The notes under the pieces: generated by a model
What the model saw: the letters and a program-made list of their open reading frames with translations, nothing else
Database searches by the model: none
What the model was told of the DNA's origin: nothing
NCBI GenBank assembly: GCA_009777475.1
Contig: WRLU01000001.1
Location: forward strand, 87,608 to 151,607
DNA: 64,000 nt
Origin: Oscillospiraceae bacterium
GTDB lineage: Bacteria > Bacillota > Clostridia > Oscillospirales > UBA929
Direction of reading: 5' to 3'
Made by a program: the position numbers and the translations under genes
In this document: piece after piece, positions 1 through 10,363 of the stretch
How the letters are laid out: every line of letters starts with the position of its first letter
Numbering within the stretch: the first letter of the stretch is position 1

Positions 1-430
1 AAAAAGGATGGTGGATGAAGGGCATATCGTAGGCAATCACACCTATTCACATCCAAATATGTCAAAAATCTCAGACCATGCAGCATTCCAGGGGGAGTTA
101 GAAAATTTAGAAAAGCTTTACAGGGAAACAACAGGAGAAAACATGCTGCGTTTTTACAGGCCACCCGAAGGGGAATACAGCTTAAAAAACTTAGAGTACG
201 CAAAAAAAACAGGCTATAAAACGGTATTCTGGAGCTTAGCATATGTAGACTGGGATCAAAATAAACAGCCGTCAAGGGAAGATGCGCTTAAAAAATTAGT
301 TCCCCGGATACACCCGGGTGCAATCATCCTGCTACACTCTACCTCAAAAACCAATGCCGAAATTTTAGATGAATTGATTATACAATGGAAAGGCCAAGGA
401 TACACCTTTGAGGCATTAACTGCGATATAA
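1..430 (+). CDS. polysaccharide deacetylase family protein (PdaA/PdaB-like NodB domain), 5' end outside window
   Basis: ORF is open to the window start. GNHTYSHP and ILLHS motifs are typical of NodB-type deacetylases of spore formers. Confidence 0.8.
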   Translation, partial: KRMVDEGHIVGNHTYSHPNMSKISDHAAFQGELENLEKLYRETTGENMLRFYRPPEGEYSLKNLEYAKKTGYKTVFWSLAYVDWDQNKQPSREDALKKLVPRIHPGAIILLHSTSKTNAEILDELIIQWKGQGYTFEALTAI

Positions 431-433
431 TCC

Positions 434-703
434 CTATCCTTCAGCATCGCCCGATAGGGCTGCCTCAAGATTAGTACTTGCCAACAGCTGAAACGTCAAG
501 CTTCCCCGGCATTTCGGGCTGACGCGTGGACGGCTGCGGAAGCTTGGCGGTCGTGCTGTTTTGCTGTCCAAAAGCTCATGGGTCAACCCATTTGTGGCCG
601 ACGAGGCCGTTATACCGACAATAATCACCAAGATGATTACGCCAACAGTCAAAACAGCCAGAGAAGGAATCGCAACTGCTGTTTTAAGGCTGAATCTTTT
701 CAC
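434..703 (-). CDS. hypothetical small membrane protein
   Basis: 89-aa ORF with a GTG start about 8 nt after a G-run SD and one N-terminal TM helix. The C-terminal half is low complexity, so it may be non-coding. Confidence 0.25.
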   Translation of the reverse strand: MKRFSLKTAVAIPSLAVLTVGVIILVIIVGITASSATNGLTHELLDSKTARPPSFRSRPRVSPKCRGSLTFQLLASTNLEAALSGDAEG

Positions 704-927
704 TTTACACGCCCCCCCAATATTGTTGTGAGTACAGTATACTCCGTGCCTTCCACTGTGTCAAGCATATTTATCAAAAAGTTTACATCAAAATCCTTGG
801 GATTCTTACATCAAGCGGGCATTTAATCAGGCGTTCCCTCCTGCCGGGAGATTGGAGGGAACTCAACACTCCAAGCGAAATTTGCCGCCCTCGTTCCCTA
901 ACATTGAGTTGGTTGAGGCTGAAAAAA

Positions 928-1094
928 TGGGGGGGACTCACGGCAATTTAGTTTTGTAATTTTTGCAGTTCTCAATGTAGAGGATGCCGTCCTCGGCATC
1001 CTGCAAACCCGCATTGCACCGTTCTGGAGCGGTAGGTTGATGGCGGCGTACCCTACAAACGGTTACGAAACTAAATCGCCGTGGGGGGGACTCA
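928..1094. repeat. 141-nt element with 19-bp terminal inverted repeats, flanked by perfect 13-nt direct repeats (MITE-like or structured RNA)
   Basis: TGGGGGGGACTCA occurs at 928-940 and 1082-1094. CGGCAATTTAGTTTTGTAA (941-959) matches the reverse complement of 1063-1081 at 17 of 19 positions. An internal 9-bp hairpin lies at 981-1002. Confidence 0.6.
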
Positions 1095-1100
1095 AAACGC

Positions 1101-1129
1101 TTGAAAAGTAGCTTTTGATGTGGTAGAAT
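1101..1129 (+). promoter_or_regulatory. sigma-A type promoter of the HAD hydrolase/recJ/relA unit
   Basis: TTGAAA (1101-1106), 17-nt spacer, TAGAAT (1124-1129). Confidence 0.5.
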
Positions 1130-1172
1130 TGGCATTGTCGGTGCAGGCGCGAAAGGACAAGGGGTGTTGAAA

Positions 1173-1892
1173 ATGATAGAGGCTGTTTTGCTTGATTTAG
1201 ACGGAACTCTTTTGAGATTTAATCAAGAGGTTTTTGTCAGGGCGTATTTCAAGGAACTGAAAAAGGTTTTTGTCAAGCTGAATGTGGATGCCGATGTAGC
1301 TGTAAATGCGGTTTGGGCAGGAACAAAAACCATGGCACTCAATGATGGATCGGTGTTAAACTCTGAGCGATTTTGGCACACATTTTCTAAGCAAATGAAC
1401 CTTTACGGACAGCAACTCAAAACAGTTGAGGATGCCTGCAACTCGTTCTACCAAAACGAATTTTCCTCCCTGAAAACCATTTTGCCTCCTGACGGAAACG
1501 ATATAGGGCAGAGGATTGTCAACACCCTTAAAAAACGCGGAGTTATAACAGTTTTGGCTACTAACCCGCTTTTTCCGGAGTGTGCCATTGCTACAAGGCT
1601 CAGCTGGATAGGGCTTGAAGTAGGAGATTTTCACTTAGTTACAAGCTATTCTAACTGTAGATATTGCAAGCCAAATTTGAAATATTACACCGAAATTTTT
1701 AAAACAATAGCTAAAGCCCCTGAGCAATGCCTAATGGCGGGTAACAACTCATCAGAGGATATGTGTGTCGGGGTTTTGGGTACCAAAACATTTTTTGTAG
1801 CAGAATATCCTGAATACCAGGAGGGCAAATGCTTCCCCTCCGACCATAGAGGTACATTAGCAGAATTGGAAGAATTTTTGCAGTCTATTTGA
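1173..1892 (+). CDS. HAD-superfamily hydrolase
   Basis: N-terminal DLDGTLL motif I. ATG at 1173 lies 8-9 nt after an AAGGGG SD. The ORF track starts at GTG 1164. Confidence 0.8.
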   Translation: MIEAVLLDLDGTLLRFNQEVFVRAYFKELKKVFVKLNVDADVAVNAVWAGTKTMALNDGSVLNSERFWHTFSKQMNLYGQQLKTVEDACNSFYQNEFSSLKTILPPDGNDIGQRIVNTLKKRGVITVLATNPLFPECAIATRLSWIGLEVGDFHLVTSYSNCRYCKPNLKYYTEIFKTIAKAPEQCLMAGNNSSEDMCVGVLGTKTFFVAEYPEYQEGKCFPSDHRGTLAELEEFLQSI

Positions 1893-1962
1893 GCCTTGGA
1901 TATTACACCTTTGTTTCAGGATATCTATATATATCAATGATTTGCAAACAGGAGAGAGTGCT

Positions 1963-4026
1963 ATGGGATACGATCATTGGAATTGCTTTGAACCCGAACA
2001 GAATGTTGTTGATGCCTTTACGAGGGTGGGGTACCACCCATTAGCCGCTTATCTGCTTGCGGCCCGGGGCATTAATTCTCCTGAGCAGGTTCGCACAAGC
2101 CTTATCTCAGGCATAGAGGGACTTTATGACCCATTCTTGCTCACAGACATGGACAAAGCTGTAAGCCGTATTCAAAGAGCACTGGAAGACAAAGAGACTA
2201 TTGCCGTGTATGGGGATTACGATGCTGACGGTATTACGGCAGCGGCAATGCTCACTATTGATCTGCGGCGGCTTGGCGGTCATGTCATATGGTACATCCC
2301 AGACAGGCTTTCGGAAGGGTACGGTCTCAATGAAGATGCCTTACAGCATTTAAGCAAGCAGGGTGCGACCCTGCTTATTACCGTAGACACCGGAATATCC
2401 GCTATAGATGAGGTTAAAACAGCTCATAGGCTGGGTATGAATGTAATTATCACGGATCACCATGAGTGCCGTGAGGGAGTGCTGCCGGAGGCTTTAGCAT
2501 TGGTAAATCCTAAACGGCCCGGCAATACATATCCATTTGATGGTCTGGCAGGTGTCGGAGTAGCCTTTAAGTTGCTCTGCGCCATAAACGGAAGCAGCAG
2601 GGAGGTTCTTTCGCGTTACGGTGACCTGGCGGCACTTGGCACGATAGCAGATATTATGCCGATGACAGGCGAAAACCGTGTTATTGTCTGCCAGGGAGTA
2701 GCAGGAATGAAAAATTCTAAAAATTTTGGTTTGAAAACACTATTGAGACAGCCAGAATTGTTCGATAAATATATAGGAGCGGATTTTATTTCCTATACCT
2801 TGGCACCGCGAATCAATGCAGCCGGACGGCTAGGCAGTGCGGATACTGCAATGGAGCTTCTGTTATCTGAGGATGCCTCGCAATGCGAAAATCTTGCGAA
2901 AAAGCTCTGTGAGATGAATTCCCAGCGTTATATTTTGGAGCAGGAAATGCTGGAACAGGCTCTTGGGTTAGTTGACTTATCCCAGCCGGTACTTGTTACG
3001 GCGAAGGATGATTGGTCGGTGGGCTTGGCGGGAATTGTTGCGGGGAAGCTGGCAAATAGCTATGAGAGACCGGTCTTTTTAATTTGCGTTGAAGGAAAGG
3101 AAGCACGGGGCAGTGCTCGTAACAGTGCCTCGAATGGGATTAATTTAGTTGATGTATTATCCTCGGCAGAAGATCTTTTGACTGCCTACGGAGGGCACAA
3201 GGGTGCCGCAGGATTTTCATTGCCTATTGAAAACATTCCCCTTTTCAAAGAAAAAATCTTGGAACGGTGTAGCACTATTGATGTTTCGCAGGAATCGGTG
3301 CTGTTTCTTGATGGGGAGATTCCATTTGAATGGGTTAACACAGAGGGCATAGGGGCATTGGAAGAGTTAGGGCCGTTTGGATCAGGGTTCCCTTCTCCTG
3401 TTTTTTGCCTGAAGGAGGTTTTTGTACAGGATGCAATACCATTGTCACAAGGCAAGCATACTCGTTTAAATCTGCTAAAAAACGGTATTCACCTGAATGC
3501 AGTATGGTTTGGTCACAGCGCAGATGATGTTGACTGCTCTAGAGTTCTTGATGTTGCCGGTGTGTTGCAGATAAACCGTTTTCGCGGCAAAAGCACCCCT
3601 CAGATATTGGTTGAGGATATAAGAATTAGCTCTTGTAACGAAAAAATCAAAGAGCAGCACAAAGTTTATGCTAAATTTATAAAAAATTTAGCAATTACAG
3701 ATGGAGAAGCGTCATTATTGCTTCCCACAAGAGATGATATGGCGATTGTATGGCGTGCCATGGACGGCAATCAGAAGGGTTTCCCAAAGGATGGTTTGAG
3801 CATGTCTTGCTTAGCCTGCCATCTGTCAGGATCGGCCGATCCGGTAGAACCGGCGCGAGTGTGGGTGGCTTTAGATATTTTTTGTGAAATGGGGCTTATA
3901 GAAAGGAAAAAGACTAAAAATGACCGCTTTTTAGTCCGAAAAAACAAAACACATGGCAAAGCCGACATGACCAAGTCGTTATTATTGCAAAAACTGCTTT
4001 CACAAGGAGGTGTTTGGGATGGATAA
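1963..4026 (+). CDS. recJ: single-stranded-DNA-specific exonuclease RecJ
   Basis: DHH family motifs DYDADGIT and ITDHHE, with a DHHA1 region. ATG 1963 follows an AGGAGAGAG SD. Confidence 0.95.
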   Translation: MGYDHWNCFEPEQNVVDAFTRVGYHPLAAYLLAARGINSPEQVRTSLISGIEGLYDPFLLTDMDKAVSRIQRALEDKETIAVYGDYDADGITAAAMLTIDLRRLGGHVIWYIPDRLSEGYGLNEDALQHLSKQGATLLITVDTGISAIDEVKTAHRLGMNVIITDHHECREGVLPEALALVNPKRPGNTYPFDGLAGVGVAFKLLCAINGSSREVLSRYGDLAALGTIADIMPMTGENRVIVCQGVAGMKNSKNFGLKTLLRQPELFDKYIGADFISYTLAPRINAAGRLGSADTAMELLLSEDASQCENLAKKLCEMNSQRYILEQEMLEQALGLVDLSQPVLVTAKDDWSVGLAGIVAGKLANSYERPVFLICVEGKEARGSARNSASNGINLVDVLSSAEDLLTAYGGHKGAAGFSLPIENIPLFKEKILERCSTIDVSQESVLFLDGEIPFEWVNTEGIGALEELGPFGSGFPSPVFCLKEVFVQDAIPLSQGKHTRLNLLKNGIHLNAVWFGHSADDVDCSRVLDVAGVLQINRFRGKSTPQILVEDIRISSCNEKIKEQHKVYAKFIKNLAITDGEASLLLPTRDDMAIVWRAMDGNQKGFPKDGLSMSCLACHLSGSADPVEPARVWVALDIFCEMGLIERKKTKNDRFLVRKNKTHGKADMTKSLLLQKLLSQGGVWDG

Positions 4027-6229
4027 TCCCCAAGTTTTGCAGGCAAATCATCGACAGTTAGAGGATTACTTTCAGGCAATGGTAAATCGCCTTAGAGAGT
4101 CTTATCCCCCTGTCGATCAAGCACGATTGCGTCAAGCGTTTGATTTTATGTGCAAGGCACATGAAAGTCAGCAGCGCAAATCGGGGGAACCCTTTGCCGT
4201 TCACCCTGCCGCAACCGCCCTCATTGTAGCACAGATGAACCTTGATCCCGATTCGGTTATAGGGGCTCTTCTCCACGATGTGCTTGAAGATACCAACCAT
4301 GAGCGAGCAGAGATTGTGGCACACTTCGGTGAAGATATCGCCAAAATTGTGGACGGTGTCACTAAGCTAACCAACATTTTTTTTATATCCAAGGAAGCTG
4401 AGCAAATTGAGAATTTGCGAAAAATGTTTTTGGCCATGGCACACGATACCAGGGTTATTATGATTAAAATAGCCGACCGATTGCATAATATGCGTACCCT
4501 CGGATATCACACCGAGGCAAAACGGCGGGAAAAATCGCTTGAGACTATGCAAATTTATGCCCCGCTGGCGCATAGGCTAGGCATGCAGACAATAAAATGC
4601 GAGCTTGAGGATTTGAGCCTAAAAAACTTAGACCCCATAGCCTATAAAGAAATAACACAGGCACTTTCCGACCAAGAAAGCTGGAGATCTGATTTTCTGG
4701 GGAAAATCAAGGAAACAATAGCAGAGCATCTTTCTGCGGTCGAGATAGAGGCAAAAATAGAGGGAAGGACTAAGCATATTTATAGTATATATAACAAAAT
4801 GTATAGCCAGAAAAAAACATGGTTTGACATACACGACTTATACGCCGTACGTGTTATTGTTGAATCAAAGGCCGAGTGTTACAATGCTTTAGGGATCATA
4901 CATGAAATATTTAACCCGATGCCGGGGAAATTCAAGGATTATATTTCAACCCCTAAGCCTAATATGTACGAGTCCATTCATACAATAGTTGTCAGCAGGA
5001 AGGGGCAGCCTTTTGAGGTACAGATCCGCACATGGGAGATGCACAAACGTGCGGAATATGGAATAGCCGCCCATTGGCAGTATAAAGGCAAGGTAACCAA
5101 GCATGATGAGAAACTGAACGAAAAGCTAGAATCGGTATGCGAGTTGCTGGGGACTCGCCATAATACGGATCTGGATGATTTTATCAGCACTTTAAAAGTC
5201 GATATGTTTGACGGCAAGGTGTTTGTTTTCACGCCAAAGGGTGATGTCATAAATTTACCCCAAGGCTCCAATGTTGTAGACTTCGCATACGCTATTCATT
5301 CAAATGTAGGCAACACAATGACAGGTGCCCAGGTTAATAACCGTATCGTCAGCTTTGAACATATCCCCCAAAACGGAGATATTGTCAATATTATCACCAC
5401 TAAAGGACACAAACCGAGCAGAGATTTGCAGAAGATCGCTAAAACCAGTGAAGCAAAAAGTAAGCTCAGGCGATATTTCAGAGAAGGTGACAGGGAGGAG
5501 AACATAGAACACGGCAAAGCCTCATTTGAGGCAGAGCTGCGGCGGATTGGCATAACGTTATCTACCGTTACCCGGCAGGAGGTGCTGGAACCTTCTTTGA
5601 GAAAAATGGGCTTTGACAGCATTGACGATATGTACGCAACAATCGGCTTTGGCGGAATAACTTCCCTTCGCGCCATCAATCGCTTCAGGGACGAGCTTGT
5701 CCGTATTTCCCGGCAAAAGGAATCCAACGATGAAACAGACCCCGGATTTTTTATCAGGAAACGGCATGCCCCGCAAAAATCCATTTCAGGCGTTATAGTT
5801 GACGGCATTGAAAATTGCCTTGTGAAATTCTCGAACTGCTGCACGCCGATCCCGGGCGACAGCATCATTGGATTTATCACTAAGGGCCATGGAATTTCGA
5901 TCCATAAAGAGGGCTGCAAGAGTGCTATTTCAATGAGGCGCGATGGAGAGGATGACCGTTGGATCAATGTCCGCTGGGCAAATAATAACCACGATAAATA
6001 CAGCGCGGATATTATGATTTCGGCATTAGACCGCCGCGGATTGCTTCAGGATGTAATGTCGGCATTGAACTCTGACAAGCTGTCTATTTTATCCGTTACG
6101 GCACAGACAGACGGTTCTGGTGGGGCGTTAATGCAAATTACAGCCGAGGTCTCCGATACTGATCATCTTGACTCAATGCGAAAAAAGCTTTCAGGTGTTG
6201 ACGGAGTTAGCGCGGTATACCGAAAGTAA
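4019..6229 (+). CDS. relA: bifunctional (p)ppGpp synthetase/hydrolase RelA/SpoT
   Basis: HD domain (HDVLEDT), RelA_SpoT synthetase region (YESIHT), TGS domain and C-terminal ACT domain. The start overlaps the recJ stop. Confidence 0.95.
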   Translation: MDNPQVLQANHRQLEDYFQAMVNRLRESYPPVDQARLRQAFDFMCKAHESQQRKSGEPFAVHPAATALIVAQMNLDPDSVIGALLHDVLEDTNHERAEIVAHFGEDIAKIVDGVTKLTNIFFISKEAEQIENLRKMFLAMAHDTRVIMIKIADRLHNMRTLGYHTEAKRREKSLETMQIYAPLAHRLGMQTIKCELEDLSLKNLDPIAYKEITQALSDQESWRSDFLGKIKETIAEHLSAVEIEAKIEGRTKHIYSIYNKMYSQKKTWFDIHDLYAVRVIVESKAECYNALGIIHEIFNPMPGKFKDYISTPKPNMYESIHTIVVSRKGQPFEVQIRTWEMHKRAEYGIAAHWQYKGKVTKHDEKLNEKLESVCELLGTRHNTDLDDFISTLKVDMFDGKVFVFTPKGDVINLPQGSNVVDFAYAIHSNVGNTMTGAQVNNRIVSFEHIPQNGDIVNIITTKGHKPSRDLQKIAKTSEAKSKLRRYFREGDREENIEHGKASFEAELRRIGITLSTVTRQEVLEPSLRKMGFDSIDDMYATIGFGGITSLRAINRFRDELVRISRQKESNDETDPGFFIRKRHAPQKSISGVIVDGIENCLVKFSNCCTPIPGDSIIGFITKGHGISIHKEGCKSAISMRRDGEDDRWINVRWANNNHDKYSADIMISALDRRGLLQDVMSALNSDKLSILSVTAQTDGSGGALMQITAEVSDTDHLDSMRKKLSGVDGVSAVYRK

Positions 6230-6333
6230 TAGTGAACATACCGAATATTAGTTTGGCTGACCAGAGACAAAAACCCTTGACAAAATCACCGGTTAGGTGA
6301 TAGTCTATGTCTAGCTAAGAAGGAGATGATTTG

Positions 6334-7521
6334 ATGTCAAAAATTGCTGTGGCGGGTGCCGGTTATGTGGGGCTTTCCAGCGCGGTGCTACTTGCCCTGC
6401 GGCATAACGTGGTGATTTTGGATATTGACAGGGAACGAGTTAACCAAATCAATCATGGGCATTCACCTATTTTAGATGCTGACATTCAGCAATATATGAA
6501 TGAAAAAGAACTTAGTCTTACCGCCACAACGGATGCTAAAAATGCTTTTAGCGGCGCCGACTGCATAGTTATTGCCACTCCGACAAACTATGACCCTGAA
6601 CGCAGTTTTTTTGATACATCTTCGGTCGAGAGCGTACTTGCCCAGACAGATGCGTTCGCACCCGGGGCTTCTGTTGTTATACGCTCTACCCTGCCTGTGG
6701 GCTATTGCTCAGCAAAAGCCGTTGAATACAAATTGATGCCGCTTTTCTTTATGCCTGAGTTTTTGCGCGAAGGAAACGCCCTTCTTGACAATTTGTATCC
6801 ATCGCGCATTATTGTTGGCATACCTGATTGTGACGAGAAGCTTATGCCAAAAGCCCGGGAACTGGCGGATTTATGGCTAAGTGCCTCACTGAAAGAGGAT
6901 GTGGATGTACTCTTTACCTCCTCAACCGAGGCAGAGAGTGTGAAGCTGTTTTCCAACACTTATTTAGCAATGCGTGTGGCGTTTTTCAACGAATTAGATT
7001 CCTTTGCAGAAATAAACCGTCTCGACTCGCGTAAAATCATCCGGGGGGTTTGCTTAGACCCGCGTATAGGAGATCATTACAACAACCCTTCATTCGGTTA
7101 CGGAGGGTATTGCCTACCTAAAGACACAAAACAGCTTTTGGCAAATTATTCTAACATACCCAACAATATTATAACAGCGATTGTGCAGGCAAACAGCACA
7201 CGGAAGGATTTTATAGCAGAACAGATCCTTTCTAAAAAACCCAAAGTTGTAGGCATTTACCGACTTACCATGAAAACAAGCTCCGATAACTTCCGCCAAT
7301 CCTCCATACAGGGCATTATGAAGCGGATCAAGGCAAAGGGCATAGACGTGATCGTATATGAACCAGCATTGACAGATCAGTTGTTTTTTAATTCCAGGGT
7401 AATTGTTGACCTGAGCGAGTTCAAGCGGCTGGCTGATGTTATTGTGGCAAACCGTTCCGGGAAAGAACTGGCGGATGTAATGGATAAGGTTTATACTCGC
7501 GACCTTTTTGGAAAAAACTAG
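6334..7521 (+). CDS. ugd: UDP-glucose/GDP-mannose dehydrogenase family protein (UDP-glucose 6-dehydrogenase-like)
   Basis: GAGYVG Rossmann motif and catalytic GGYCLPKD motif. Confidence 0.85.
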   Translation: MSKIAVAGAGYVGLSSAVLLALRHNVVILDIDRERVNQINHGHSPILDADIQQYMNEKELSLTATTDAKNAFSGADCIVIATPTNYDPERSFFDTSSVESVLAQTDAFAPGASVVIRSTLPVGYCSAKAVEYKLMPLFFMPEFLREGNALLDNLYPSRIIVGIPDCDEKLMPKARELADLWLSASLKEDVDVLFTSSTEAESVKLFSNTYLAMRVAFFNELDSFAEINRLDSRKIIRGVCLDPRIGDHYNNPSFGYGGYCLPKDTKQLLANYSNIPNNIITAIVQANSTRKDFIAEQILSKKPKVVGIYRLTMKTSSDNFRQSSIQGIMKRIKAKGIDVIVYEPALTDQLFFNSRVIVDLSEFKRLADVIVANRSGKELADVMDKVYTRDLFGKN

Positions 7522-7685
7522 TAAAGAAAAATGCACCATATTAAAAAATTAATATTATACTGATTTTACGGCTTGTTTGTATCCGAATCACGTAATTGCT
7601 GCTGGTCACTGCCAGTTGAATGCGCCGGTGAGTGTTGGGCGAGTGTTGCGGTATTAAGTATTAGCTAAGAAGGAGAGTATCAGCA

Positions 7686-8960
7686 ATGAAAATATCTGCA
7701 CCCAAAGGCACACATGACATTTTGCCGGGTGAATCTGGAAAGTGGATTTGGCTTGAAAATATTCTGCGCCAAGCTGCTGGACGTTATGGGTTTTCGGAAA
7801 TTCGTTTCCCTGCATTTGAGCATACGGAGCTTTTTTTGCGAGGCATAGGTGATACAACCGATGTGGTGCAAAAGGAAATGTACACTTTTCAGGATAAAGG
7901 CGGGCGTTCGATTACTCTCCGCCCGGAAGGAACCGCCTCAACGGTAAGGGCGTTTGTCGAGCATGGCCTTCACACTACGCCCATGCCCTTCAAATGTTAT
8001 TACATCGCCCCAAATTTCCGTTACGAAAACCCACAAAAGGGCCGACTTCGCCAGCATCACCAGTTCGGCGTAGAATGCTTTGGTGCAAAGGAACCCTCTG
8101 CTGACGCGGAGATTATCGCGCTGGGCAACGATGTTATGGCAAATACAGGCTTGCAGAATGTCAGCCTGCGGATCAACTCTGTTGGATGCCCCTCCTGCCG
8201 GCCTGGCTACAATCAAAAGCTAATAAAGTTCTTAGAAAACTGCCGCCCCAAACTTTGCCAAGATTGCAACAACCGTCTTTCTCGCAATCCTATGCGTATA
8301 TTGGACTGCAAAAACGAAAATTGCCGTGCAGAAATAAAAGATGCCCCTGTAGGAACTGACAGCCTGTGTGACGATTGTAGCACACACATGGAGCAGCTGA
8401 AGATATATCTTGAGTATATGGGAATATCTTTTGATGTAGACCCTTCTATAGTCCGTGGCCTGGACTACTATACTAAAACAGTGTTTGAATTTATTAATGA
8501 CGGCATTACACTTTGCGGAGGCGGAAGATACGATGATCTGGTAAGAGCCTTAGGCGGCCCGGTTACCCCAGGCTTGGGATTTGGCTGTGGCTTAGAACGC
8601 CTTTTGATGATGCTGAAGCGTCAAAATGTTACTGACAAACCGTGGGAGGGTTGTGATATTTATATCGCCGCACTGGGCGTGGCCGCTGATCGACACTCAA
8701 TGCGCTTGTGTAACCAGCTTAGGTCTCATGGATTTTCGGCAGAACGCGACATATGCGGTCGCGGCTTGAAGGCGCAGATGAAGCATGCCGACAAGATAGG
8801 GGCAAGATATACCTTTGTACTTGGCGAGCATGAGCTAACCACGGAAAAAATAGAATTAAAAGATATGGCAACAGGTCAAATCCACGCCGGGAATTTAGAA
8901 ATTTCTTTTTTGGAGGGAATTCTCGGCAACCGCGGGAGGAATCATTCAGATGGGGGGTAA
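7686..8960 (+). CDS. hisS: histidine--tRNA ligase
   Basis: Class II aaRS motifs (FRYENPQKGRLRQHHQFGVE, GGGRYD) and an anticodon-binding C-terminus. Confidence 0.95.
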   Translation: MKISAPKGTHDILPGESGKWIWLENILRQAAGRYGFSEIRFPAFEHTELFLRGIGDTTDVVQKEMYTFQDKGGRSITLRPEGTASTVRAFVEHGLHTTPMPFKCYYIAPNFRYENPQKGRLRQHHQFGVECFGAKEPSADAEIIALGNDVMANTGLQNVSLRINSVGCPSCRPGYNQKLIKFLENCRPKLCQDCNNRLSRNPMRILDCKNENCRAEIKDAPVGTDSLCDDCSTHMEQLKIYLEYMGISFDVDPSIVRGLDYYTKTVFEFINDGITLCGGGRYDDLVRALGGPVTPGLGFGCGLERLLMMLKRQNVTDKPWEGCDIYIAALGVAADRHSMRLCNQLRSHGFSAERDICGRGLKAQMKHADKIGARYTFVLGEHELTTEKIELKDMATGQIHAGNLEISFLEGILGNRGRNHSDGG

Positions 8961-9591
8961 TATATGTATTCCATTTGAAAATTATATCCCTTGTTCATCG
9001 CCGGATATACAATGCGCCTTTGACTGGCGGGAAGAGATTTTGGAAAAACCGGGATGCTGCCTAATACACAAACATTCTATCAGCGGTTTTTTTGTACCAC
9101 CCGATTTAATTAAGGAAAAGTACCCAAGCACCTGTGAACGGCAACTTGAACGGCTTTCTCGTATGCGAGGAATATTCGAACGTCAGGCATCAGGGGACGG
9201 CTGGGTTGAGTTTCTCCCGACCACATTATACGATGCAGTGTCTATAAACGCTAGCTGTGCTGTTTCCGGCTTGGAGCTGTTTGCAGAAAGCGGCTTAACA
9301 CTTCAACATGAAGCCCTGCGTGCCGCCCTTCAGATTATGAAAGCCTGCCTGACACGCTACCCTAATTACCGTATTGTATGGACACCTCAGCCATTGCCGG
9401 TCAGCTTGTGGATAAAGGAAGGACGGGAAGCACTGTATTGCATTGAGAAAAAACCGGAACTACTCTCAGTCCGCATCTCACCCACAAGCGAACAAACGCC
9501 TGAGCCGGGCTTAGAGCAGGCTGACGAAAAAGACAGGGGTGCGTTTTTTTTAGATGAACTCTTAGAAAGTCTTTCCGATGCTACGATGTAA
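8950..9591 (+). CDS. hypothetical protein
   Basis: 213-aa ORF with a GGGAGGA SD 9 nt upstream. It overlaps the hisS end by 11 nt. I recognise no family. Confidence 0.5.
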   Translation: MGGNICIPFENYIPCSSPDIQCAFDWREEILEKPGCCLIHKHSISGFFVPPDLIKEKYPSTCERQLERLSRMRGIFERQASGDGWVEFLPTTLYDAVSINASCAVSGLELFAESGLTLQHEALRAALQIMKACLTRYPNYRIVWTPQPLPVSLWIKEGREALYCIEKKPELLSVRISPTSEQTPEPGLEQADEKDRGAFFLDELLESLSDATM

Positions 9592-9682
9592 AACCGATGC
9601 AGGTGAAAAAAGCCTTTACAAACAGTATAGTCTTTGCTATACTGTGACAGCTATGACTTTATCGGAAGGGGTTAATGTAGAT

Positions 9683-10363
9683 ATGGCAACTGACTTTTCG
9701 CGTTCTTTGGCAATCTTGCGTAAGGAAAAGGGCGTGTCGCAACGGATAGCATGTCAAAATTTAGAGGTCACCCAAGCTGTTCTTAGCCATTACGAAACGG
9801 GCGCACGTGAACCTGGGTTAAGCTTTGTGGCAAAGGCCTGCGATTACTATGACGTAAGTGCAGACTTTCTGTTAGGAAGAACGTTGTCGCGCGATGGCGG
9901 CATTCTCAGACAGGACGATATTTCTAGCACAGAGGAGCAAAAACAAAACCGCCCGGGAAAGGGCTCGATAAGCTCGCTGTTTGCCAAAAAGTTGGTGGTC
10001 AATGCTATGAGTCTTTTGTTTGAATATGCCGGGCGTACAGGTCATACGCAATTGATTACCGAGATGACAAACTTCTTTTCCGCTGCGGTATATAAAATTT
10101 TCCGTCACTTTTATGCCTTTGTCGGTGAAAACGAAAAGGATTTTTTTTCAATAAGCAACAAGGTTTACATAAGCGCATCAAACGCAGATATGGCTGAAAG
10201 CGAGGCACGTTTACTTGCTGTATTACACGGAGACAAGCAGGCACGCCTCGAATTGCCGCCAATTTCTAATGATGCATTGTCCCAGGAGTACCCTCGGCTC
10301 GTCCAGGCTCTGTACGCCCTTGTTCATCAAGCGGGCGAACGTGCCGCAAAAAAACTACCATGA
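9683..10363 (+). CDS. XRE-family helix-turn-helix transcriptional regulator with C-terminal extension
   Basis: HTH segment LRKEKGVSQRIACQNLEVTQAVLSHYETG. ATG 9683 is preceded by GGAAGGGG. The ORF track extends to 9578. Confidence 0.7.
   Translation: MATDFSRSLAILRKEKGVSQRIACQNLEVTQAVLSHYETGAREPGLSFVAKACDYYDVSADFLLGRTLSRDGGILRQDDISSTEEQKQNRPGKGSISSLFAKKLVVNAMSLLFEYAGRTGHTQLITEMTNFFSAAVYKIFRHFYAFVGENEKDFFSISNKVYISASNADMAESEARLLAVLHGDKQARLELPPISNDALSQEYPRLVQALYALVHQAGERAAKKLP

Noticed and set aside
5296-5967. 223-aa minus-strand ORF inside relA, and similar antisense ORFs inside other genes: 12756-13421, 13821-14243, 37660-38550, 39521-40078, 43474-44031, 47582-48331 and 59691-60251.
   Set aside because: These are shadow ORFs opposite well-supported genes. 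They have low-complexity or biased composition and no translation signals.
6312-6326. Identical 15-mer TAGCTAAGAAGGAGA upstream of both ugd (6312-6326) and hisS (7662-7676).
   Set aside because: It is mostly SD sequence. A single 15-mer repeat is about what chance predicts in a 64-kb window counting both strands, by my rough estimate.
7522-7685. T-box leader upstream of hisS.
   Set aside because: The intergenic region is only about 160 nt. It has no terminator hairpin and no T-box consensus.
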